Source: Vicugna vicugna (Eukaryota). From it: a stretch of 46,310 nt of DNA. This document shows positions 37,685 through 46,310 of this stretch, piece after piece. The notes beneath the pieces are model-generated. The model was not told the origin of the DNA. It ran no database searches and worked only from the letters and a program-made list of their open reading frames with translations. The translations under genes and the position numbers were made by a program. The stretch covers positions 336,704 to 383,013 of the forward strand of contig MU057615.1 of the NCBI GenBank assembly GCA_013265495.1. The letters run 5' to 3'. Each line of letters starts with the position of its first letter. Positions within the stretch are counted from its first letter, which is position 1.

Positions 37685-38790
37685 ATATGTGTGTATGCAC
37701 AAGTTAGTATATATATACCTCTATTACCTTGCTCTGCTAGCTGAGAATTCCTGGAAGCAATGACACCCCAGTATCAATGAGCCCAAATCTTGGTTTCTAA
37801 TACCATTCTCCAGTAAAAGAAAGCCAGAATCATTGGAGAAATTGCTGTTCGTAGGACTGGGGCAGGAAATATAGAAGATGAGCCTGTAGTACCTTAGTGC
37901 AAAAAAGAAAGAAATGGTTAAAACACACACACATACACACAATAATGGGGGTATGTCAAAGGGACATATGAGCCAACTAAAAGACGTTTCAATTGTCAAA
38001 GCTGAAAATTTTAAGCAACAAAATGAAGCAGTGTATTATCATAACCCAAATAAAAATACATATCTATCAGTATCCGCTGATATAAATAAATGACTGAATA
38101 AATAAATAGGAGAAAAGACAGACCTTCTGTGCGTAACAATGCAAAGTAGCTTATGTAGCTATTAATACCCTCAAGGAAATGCTAACTTGTACTCCTCAAG
38201 TGTGGGCTACTTATACTTATAATGTCTTCTTTGCAAAGAGCACAGAATGCAAAGGAGGGGAAAGGGTAATTTCACAGAGAAGACATCTGACAAACATCAC
38301 CTCAACCAGGAGGTCAAGACTAACATCAATGGTCACATAATGTTGGTAGCACATAGCCTTGATATGATGTGATGAAAAATGGCACTTCAACTCTGCTGCT
38401 TTCCTCCCCAAATCCAATAACCCCACGCTAATAATGACGAAAACATCAGGTAAATTACTGTCAAGGAATAGTCCGCATACCTTACTTCTCAAAACTGTCA
38501 AAGTCGTCACAGGGAAGGGGAGCCTTAGAAACTGTGACAACTACTTAAAGCCAAGGCAGTATCTTGATTGGAATCCTGGAACTGAGGAAATCTGAGTAAA
38601 ATGTGGACTTCAGTTAATCAAAATGTATCAGTATTGGCTCACTAATTCGAACAAATGGACCGCACCACTGCAATATGCTAATAATAAGGGACTAGGTATA
38701 GAGATTATAGGAACTCATACGCCATCATCATTGCAATTTTCCTGTAAATCTAAAACTGTTCTAAAATAAAAAGTTTATTAAAAAAAAAAA
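37685..38790 (+). mobile_element. LINE-1 3' UTR (L1MC/L1MD type) with poly(A)
   Basis: cttggtttctaataccattctccagtaaaag...ttggagaaat...ggactggggcagg; ends ctgtaaatctaaaactgttctaaaataaaaagtttatt followed by A11. Confidence 0.9.
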
Positions 38791-38809
38791 GCAATGGTGA
38801 ATCATAACG

Positions 38810-40220
38810 AGGAAGTTCTGCTTCCAGCTGTTACTCAGCGGCTTGCGGTGCACCAGCTCTGTCACTGAGACAAACTATAAAAGATGGATAGATAAAAATC
38901 TGTTTGAAGACATCAGGTAGGTGTCAAAGCAACCATGACCTGCGGGAACAAAATCCTGGAGAAATGGACACCACACAGAGAGGTGAACCCACATTTTGTT
39001 GTGGTTTTATCTTTCAACACATTTTGAATTAAAAAAAAAATCTAGGAAAAGAGTCTAGAAGGAGAGGTGCTCCGAAAAGCTATCTCCTGGGCCTGGAGCA
39101 TCAGTGAGGTTCAGTAATTACAGGACGCTCGGGTCAGAGGAAGGCAAGGGAAACGAACTTTACACGTCAGTCACTGTTTGTATCTTCAAACTGCGAAGAA
39201 AAAGAGGTTAAGGAACCAAGCAAAACGTCTCTGACCAACAGAATAGAGTCCAAGAGTCCATCAGCGTTGGGAGGGTAAGAATTACAATTGAGGAGGCACC
39301 TGGAGGAGGCACCACGGTTCTCAGTCAGAATCCCTGAAGGGTTATGCCCAGAGCAAGTTAGCCCAAGACAATCAAGAAAAGCCCGTCAAACTACAGGTCA
39401 GCCTCGAGGCACCCCAGCCCCTGACCGGATTGGTGTGATTAGCTCCTAATTTGTTGACCATAAAGGAAAACAATGAACCCTCTTTGAAGGAAAATTTAAA
39501 AATTCATACCAATATTCATATAAAGTGTATGCTGTTACCAAATGAACAAAACCCAACGGAAAAATTATAGAGAACAGACGCAGTCCCAGGGCTGATTAAG
39601 ACGCTGGAGTCAGCCAGCGAAGGCTGCAGTACGGAAATAGCTAGTGCGCTTTTAGAGAACAGAGGAAAAGATAAAATAATAAATGAAATTATGGGCACTT
39701 TCACCAGAGAGTAAGAGCTGATAAAAAGAAAAACACTCAAATGGAAATTTTTAAAAGAAAATTCAAGAACTTTTATTACAAACACAAAAGATACGTTTAA
39801 CAACAAATTGTTAGATAAAGGAAAGGGTATGACTGGTCTAACTATAAAATAGAAAATATAGAAAGCACAGGTAGAAAATATAAAAACTGAAGAAAAATAA
39901 TGAAAAAATTGAGTGTAATAAACATGTAGAATATGATATAAAGTTCTGATATAAATGTAATTGATAAAGAAAAAAAATAAAACTAAGTGAAATTAGAATC
40001 CCAAAAATGCAGGCCATGGAGAAGGGCTTAGATGAAACATCTGAGGAAATAATGACTTAGAATTATCCTGGATAGATGAACACATGAAATGACACACTGA
40101 AGAACACTTGTGGACTCCAAAGGGTGAGTAACACAAAGGAGAACACTGCAGAGGACTTTATATCCAGCGAAATAGCCAGTGGAAATGAAGGTGAAATAAT
40201 GATCTTTGCAGGCTAAGGAG
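38810..40220 (+). mobile_element. Ancient L1 5' UTR/ORF1-like (or HAL1-like) remnant
   Basis: ttctgcttccag...caaactataaaagatgga start, with A-rich ORF1-like motifs (gggcactttcaccagagagt, aaatggaaattttt, gaggaaataatgacttagaattatcc). Confidence 0.5.
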
Positions 40221-40619
40221 AAATGGAGGGAGAGAGAGGGAAAGAGACTGGTTTGCGATCTCTCTAGCAAGTGTCTTCTCTCCCTTTGTAAAAGCGCTAA
40301 GGTATCTGCATGATAATCTAGTTCTCTGCTGTCTAATGTCGTCCGTTTGAACCTGAGTCCAATTGTCTAAAATTACCTGGGCAGGACACACAGCATTTTT
40401 TATCCTCAGTGTCAAGACATCTATAGCCAGCTTTGTGAGATGGGGCCAGAAATGTGAAACACACCCTGCTGTGGCAGAGCCACTTCTGAGTGCGCTCTGA
40501 GCAGGTCCTCAGCTTGTCCCAAGTATGCCATGGATCAGGAGGCTGTCATCAGAATCCTGGGTCCCGTAATTAACTGCACCAGCAGCTTTTCCCCTGTGTG
40601 TGTGTTTTATTTTTATTTT

Positions 40620-40810
40620 TTAAGAGGTGAAATCAATTTTAATGAACTATTAAATTCACTCAATATATCAAAGATACTAATTCAACACTTAATGAATGTA
40701 AAAATATTAATGAGTTATTTTACACCTTTCATCAAACTCAGTGTTTGAAAGCAGGTGTGTTTCGGTGATAGGGCACATCCCACCTGGGACCAACCGTACC
40801 TCCAGCCGGT
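40620..40810. mobile_element. MER33-like (hAT-Charlie) fragment
   Basis: aggtgaaatcaattttaat...caatatatc...attaatgagttattttaca...tttgaaagcaggtgtgt...gcacatc. Confidence 0.7.
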
Positions 40811-42279
40811 GCCCATTTTATTACAAAGCCCCAAACAGGCCCCCTCTGAGAATGACATTGTTAGGGTCAAAGTACGCGAGAAGAAGAGCTGATTTCCCAC
40901 GACTGTGGCAAAGCCAGACAGCTTGATGTGAATATCTAATATTTTTGAACTTTATTCAAGTTTTAACAGCTTCTGGAAGTAACTCTAAACTCCAAAAAAA
41001 AGTATTCTGTATATGAAGTTTTAAATGTGATCTGTGTTCAACAAGCAGCTCATGTTCCAACTGAATTTTAAAAATATATTTTCTCCAAAAGCAGTCACGC
41101 ACACCCCTCATAAATAAGGACATTGCCTTCTTCTTCATATGACTGATGTGAACTCAAGTGAACTAACATGTAAAGAGCATGATTGCTTTCCAAATCTATG
41201 TTGATATTATTAGATATATACTATTCTTGCCGTAATATACTTCCTGTGAGGGAGATTTGTGAAATTTACATATTGGCTTTTATTTAATAAATGATCCATT
41301 AAATCAGCTATTAGCATTTTATTCAATGAGACATGTTTTAACAGAGCACAGTGAGATTTATCTTGACTAGAAAAGACTCTAAAAGTGATTTTGTCATGTT
41401 TGTCTGAGCACAACATGGGTCATAAATTAGTCTGGGTTTTAGAGTCAGAATTTTCAAAACTGACACACAAGACTGAGCGAAAAACCTTTCAAACCTACTA
41501 TGAGTGATCCTTCTCTAATTCAGACAGGAAGCATGGAAAAACCTCTGCCTGACTGAATGACCTGCGCATCTGCTAAGAAAGCTGAAATTATATGATACAA
41601 ATTACATCTGACTATGTCTGTTCTTTTAAAATCAGATTTTACTAATAAGTCATTCAAAGCAAAATGAACTTTCCGTGGGACCTGGACAAATTACAGTACT
41701 TAGTATACGGTGACAGCGATATTTATACATATGCCATGGTATGGTTTTTCATTTGCGCCTCATCTTGCACTTTGAGGAAGGTAGGAGATGTGCCAATATC
41801 TTTATTAACAAACGATGGAAACAAACAGGAAGACCCACAGCAATGCACCCAACCTGTGCTACAGCTGCTATTAGACCCTCCCACTGCAAAGCCAGCGGCT
41901 CTCTCATGACACCCTGCTGTAGAGAGTTAACTTCACTTTCTGTGGCTAATTTAATTTGCAGAATATTTTATTTTCTCTAGTCCAGTGTTAGGTTGAGCTT
42001 CATTGTTTGGTATATCCCCTTGCATGGATGATGGTATGTATCATTTTTTCCATTATGGATTTACACTACTGCTTTCAATCATTTGATCAAAAGAAGTCTT
42101 AAATCTATACACTGACATAAGAGAGTACGAGCATTTAAAATTTGTAAAAATAATTACATTATTGTTAAAATTTAGGACTCTGGCAAGGCATGGTGTAGTA
42201 TGCTCCTAGATTTAACATGCCAGCTAACTTCTATTTTACATGCTTCTCTGATGCTACTGTGCTAACTACCGTTTACGGT

Positions 42280-42400
42280 GGTTATGCTATCATCCCCATT
42301 ATACAGAAAGAAAACCCGAGTCTTAAAAATACCCTTGTTCATGAAAAACAGTGGCAAGCCGTCCTGGGATAACCTCAGAATAGCTCCTGAGCGCTCTTAC
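42280..42400 (-). mobile_element. MIR fragment
   Basis: tatcatccccattatacagaaagaaaacccgag, the antisense MIR core. Confidence 0.55.
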
Positions 42401-42729
42401 TGAGCGTCCCCATAGAAGGTGCTAGGGGAGTCCCGCTGGGGACAACGGGCAAACAGCTCCCCTAGCCGTGTGCCAAAGCTGCCGAGCTCCTGCCTGCATC
42501 CTTGCAAGCACCTCACACCACACCCCTACCCGCCCCCTGCCACACCAGCCTGGTTGACCTGAAGTTCTTAAGCACTGCTGTCTTTCAGCCTGGAACAATT
42601 TTCTAAAAAAGTCTCTCAAAGAGGAGGTTAAGGAGGGCAGCCATTTACTTCCGCCATGCCCTGACTGTGCCCCAGGGTAGCACGTACCACATTGCATTTT
42701 ATGCTGGTTGTAATCAAAGAGGAAATATG

Positions 42730-42916
42730 ACACACAGTTGAGAACAGAACTCTGGGGGCATCCTGCCTGGGTTTAAATTCCAAAACCTACACGTACATGT
42801 TGTATCATCTTGGACAGTTATCTTACTTTTCTGAGACTCAATAATTTCATCTGTAAAATGGAGAGGACAACACTCGTACCTGCCTCGTAGATAAGGATCT
42901 TGTGAGGAGTAAATGG
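42730..42916 (+). mobile_element. MIR SINE
   Basis: ctgcctgggtttaaattcc...tcttggacagtta...tcatctgtaaaatgg...tacctgcctcgtag...ttgtgaggagtaaatg. Confidence 0.85.
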
Positions 42917-43457
42917 TCTCGGAAGCAGCCAGTCATCAGTGTCTAGCGTTAATTTGTATGTGTTTCCCAATAGATCAACCTATTTGTATCCCAAGGATCT
43001 AGAAAATTAATTAGCTCAAAGAAAGTATTTGGTAGTTATACCGATGTTTGGAAGAGAAAACAACCATGAAGCTGATTGGCAAACAAGTCAAAAAGATAAA
43101 TATTTCACTTTGCAAACACTCATACAGGAACACTAAGGGGACATAGTAGTAAGAAAAGAATGCTTTGAAATTTTAGTAGCAAGCTTCACCCCTTGTTTAT
43201 ACCTTCATGATTTATTTTGTAATTAATCTTAACTTATTAGTTAATTATTAACTATTTTAAGGTTAATAAATCTAATCTTTCATCTACTTTGTACTTTATA
43301 GATACAGATTATTTTGGTGTGTGGATACAAATATATGAACCGAAATTTGTGAAAGGGACAGAGCAGTTAATTTGCTTGATATACGTATTTATAGACCCAA
43401 ACAAGAATGTGGTTTACCATAACTTCATTTTCTGACCACTTCTGGCAGGACTCAGAT

Positions 43458-44049
43458 ATTTTTTTCTTAATGAGGTATATACTCAGTTTACAATGTTGTA
43501 TCAATTCCTGGTGGACAGCACAATTTTTCAGTCATATGTGAATATACATATATTCATTTTCATATTCTTTTTCACCATGAGCTACTACAAGATATTGAAT
43601 ATAGTTCCCTGTGCTGTACAGTATAAACGTGTTTCTCTATTTTATATATGCCAGTCATTATCTGAAAATCCTGAACTCCTGGTTTATCCTTTCCCACCAC
43701 CGCCCCCCACCCCCAGCAACCACAAGTCTGTATTCTATGTCTGTGAGTCTATTTCCGTTTTATATATAAGGTCATTTGTCTTTTTTTTTTTTTAGATTCC
43801 ACATATGAATGATATCATATGGTATTTTTCTTCCTCTTTCTGGCTTCCTTCACTTAGAATGACATTCTCCAGAGCCATCCATGTTGCTGCAAATGGCATT
43901 ATGTTACCATTTTTATGGCTGAGTAGTATTCCATTGTATAAATATACCACATCTTCTTTATCCAGTCCTCTGTTGATGGAGATTAAGGTTGTTTTCATGT
44001 CTTGGCTATTGTATATAGTGCTGCTATGAACATTGGGGTGCAGGTGCCT
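43458..44049 (-). mobile_element. Young 5'-truncated LINE-1 3' end
   Basis: Perfect 11-bp TSD AGGACTCAGAT at 43447-43457 and 44050-44060, with a TT/AAA endonuclease-like site on the minus strand. The 3' UTR is homologous to ~20160-20727. Confidence 0.95.
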
Positions 44050-44401
44050 AGGACTCAGATTTAAGAAGTCCATATTGCTTCTGGCCTGGGACCTATTTGG
44101 AGGCTGGCTGCCTGGGTGGGGAATTAATTAGGAGTCACCTAGAGGGTCAGGAGTTTAAGTTGTTAATGTCCATTCAGAAGGTAAAGCATCCAACTCACCT
44201 GAAGGTTTTGGTCTTCCTTTTTTTTGGCTTAATCATCATAGAATCTGGGGAAATTGAGGCCCATTTCCCAACATAACTCAAATTTTGCTTGCCAGAGTCA
44301 ACTTCTTTCACTGTGTGGTGAGATACTAGCCCAGAAGGCCATCAATTAGATGACTTAGACAGCATTTCCTGTTTGTCCAGTGAAACCCTTCTTACTGGTT
44401 C

Positions 44402-44877
44402 TGTTTCCGTTGGGGGTGGAGATGTCCTTGTCTTGTCACAGAAATAATTCAGAGGCAAGATATGGAGGGTAAGAAAACAAAGCAAGGATCTGTTAAGGGA
44501 CAGGNNNNNNNNNNNNNNNNNNNNNNNNNNNNNNNNNNNNNNNNNNNNNNNNNNNNNNNNNNNNNNNNNNNNNNNNNNNNNNNNNNNNNNNNNNNNNNNN
44601 NNNNNNNNNNNNNNNNNNNNNNNNNNNNNNNNNNNNNNNNNNNNNNNNNNNNNNNNNNNNNNNNNNNNNNNNNNNNNNNNNNNNNNNNNNNNNNNNNNNN
44701 NNNNNNNNNNNNNNNNNNNNNNNNNNNNNNNNNNNNNNNNNNNNNNNNNNNNNNNNNNNNNNNNNNNNNNNNNNNNNNNNNNNNNNNNNNNNNNNNNNNN
44801 NNNNNNNNNNNNNNNNNNNTTCCTGCCGTCCTGCCCCCCTTCCTCTGCTCACACCTAGCTCCCTGCCTGCTCTAGCA
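44402..44877 (-). mobile_element. Solo LTR related to 5713-6361, middle lost in an assembly gap
   Basis: TG...CA termini. Shares cacagaaataattcagag and ...ctctgct...ctagct..ctgcctgctct..ca with the other copy. Flanks GTTC/CTTC form a 4-bp TSD with one mismatch. Confidence 0.7.
44505..44819. other. Assembly gap (N run)
   Basis: 315 Ns. Confidence 1.
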
Positions 44878-44945
44878 CTTCTACTGGTGTAGACACTTCA
44901 GCACCCAGAAGCAGCTCCTTACAGACACCAGCCTTCCCTTCCCTG

Positions 44946-45664
44946 NNNNNNNNNNNNNNNNNNNNNNNNNNNNNNNNNNNNNNNNNNNNNNNNNNNNNNN
45001 NNNNNNNNNNNNNNNNNNNNNNNNNNNNNNNNNNNNNNNNNNNNNNNNNNNNNNNNNNNNNNNNNNNNNNNNNNNNNNNNNNNNNNNNNNNNNNNNNNNN
45101 NNNNNNNNNNNNNNNNNNNNNNNNNNNNNNNNNNNNNNNNNNNNNNNNNNNNNNNNNNNNNNNNNNNNNNNNNNNNNNNNNNNNNNNNNNNNNNNNNNNN
45201 NNNNNNNNNNNNNNNNNNNNNNNNNNNNNNNNNNNNNNNNNNNNNNNNNNNNNNNNNNNNNNNNNNNNNNNNNNNNNNNNNNNNNNNNNNNNNNNNNNNN
45301 NNNNNNNNNNNNNNNNNNNNNNNNNNNNNNNNNNNNNNNNNNNNNNNNNNNNNNNNNNNNNNNNNNNNNNNNNNNNNNNNNNNNNNNNNNNNNNNNNNNN
45401 NNNNNNNNNNNNNNNNNNNNNNNNNNNNNNNNNNNNNNNNNNNNNNNNNNNNNNNNNNNNNNNNNNNNNNNNNNNNNNNNNNNNNNNNNNNNNNNNNNNN
45501 NNNNNNNNNNNNNNNNNNNNNNNNNNNNNNNNNNNNNNNNNNNNNNNNNNNNNNNNNNNNNNNNNNNNNNNNNNNNNNNNNNNNNNNNNNNNNNNNNNNN
45601 NNNNNNNNNNNNNNNNNNNNNNNNNNNNNNNNNNNNNNNNNNNNNNNNNNNNNNNNNNNNNNNN
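44946..45664. other. Assembly gap (N run)
   Basis: 719 Ns. Confidence 1.
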
Positions 45665-45737
45665 CTGTATACCAATGCTACCCTTATTTCTTTCTTTATG
45701 ATTTTTTAAGCAATATCTTATATGACTTGTGTAATTC

Positions 45738-46246
45738 TGTAATTGAGTCCAAGCTCCTACTGCTTGCCACTTGACAGGCCAATAAATTGGGAGATGAGGT
45801 GTCGAGGCAAAAAATAATGACTTTATTCAGAAAGCCAGGTGACTGAGAAGACGGTGGTCTAGTGTCCTAAAGAACCATCTCTGCTGGGGTCTGGATGCTA
45901 GTTTGTTTATAGAACAAAGAGGGAGGAAGTGAGGAGGTAAAGTACAAAGGCCATAAATTGTTGCAGATATTTCCTGTTTTTGGTCAGACTCCAGAGGGAT
46001 GTGTTGATTTCTTCTTTCCCACAGCCATTCACAGGTGGGCTGGGTCAGGATATTTCCTGTGAGCTGAACAAAGATATTTTATCTTGAGGTTCAGGCATGG
46101 GAGGCAAGATACACTGAGATGGGCCATTATGCATACTTTAAGCTATAGGCAGCATCCTTTCAGTGATTACCTTGTAGCAAAAGCAGGATGAAAAGGTTAA
46201 AGTAAACAAACAGATCTAATACGAGTCAGATTTGTTCCTCCTTATT
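45738..46246 (-). mobile_element. ERV1-type solo LTR
   Basis: Starts tgtaattgagtccaagctc, with AATAAA on the minus strand (gactttattcag). Ends aaacagatctaatacgagtcagatttgttcctccttatt, similar to 729-769. No clear TSD. Confidence 0.8.
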
Positions 46247-46310
46247 TGCTCATCAGACCTTGCGTTCAAACTATGTTGGGCTAATTTACTGATCCTTTGT
46301 AACAACAGCC

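Noticed and set aside
44897..44918. Possible REST/RE1 site (TTCAGCACC...)
   Set aside because: Only the left half-site matches. The right half lacks GGACAG at canonical spacing, and the site lies in a small contig between gaps.
44462..45675. Long ORFs of 119-264 aa
   Set aside because: Artefacts of translating N runs.
25393..46310. Next GABRG3 exon (expected GDYVVMTIYFELSRRMGYF...)
   Set aside because: Not seen in the ORF track or by eye. It most likely lies beyond the window, although the N gaps cannot be inspected.
1..46310. CRISPR arrays, operons, tRNA/rRNA genes or a novel prokaryotic-type system
   Set aside because: The sequence is mammalian intron. I saw no regularly spaced repeats, structural RNA genes or long intact ORFs.

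Overview
Mammalian intronic DNA, not microbial. The only supportable coding sequence is one 138-bp + strand exon (25255-25392) of the GABA-A receptor gamma-3 subunit gene GABRG3, equivalent to human exon 6. The rest is the two flanking introns, densely filled with transposon remnants: young and old LINE-1, L2, MIR, ERV1 LTRs, an ERVL/MLT2 provirus fragment, MLT1, and Tigger/hAT MITEs. There are two assembly gaps near the 3' end. The species is probably a camelid; this is inferred from the style of the young L1 3' UTRs and from not seeing Alu, B1, SINEC, Bov-A/BovB or PRE1 elements. Nearly all ORFs in the supplied track are spurious or are broken L1/ERV reading frames. I see no convincing new biological system. 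The most notable observations are two internally deleted L1s with apparent target-site duplications (TSDs), a cluster of sense-oriented L1s around the exon, a cryptic splice acceptor in an L1 spacer, a near-intact young L1 inserted into an ERV1 LTR, and a Thr-to-Lys change near loop C of gamma-3. Repeat family names were recognised from memory of consensus sequences, not from a database search, and boundaries without TSDs are approximate.
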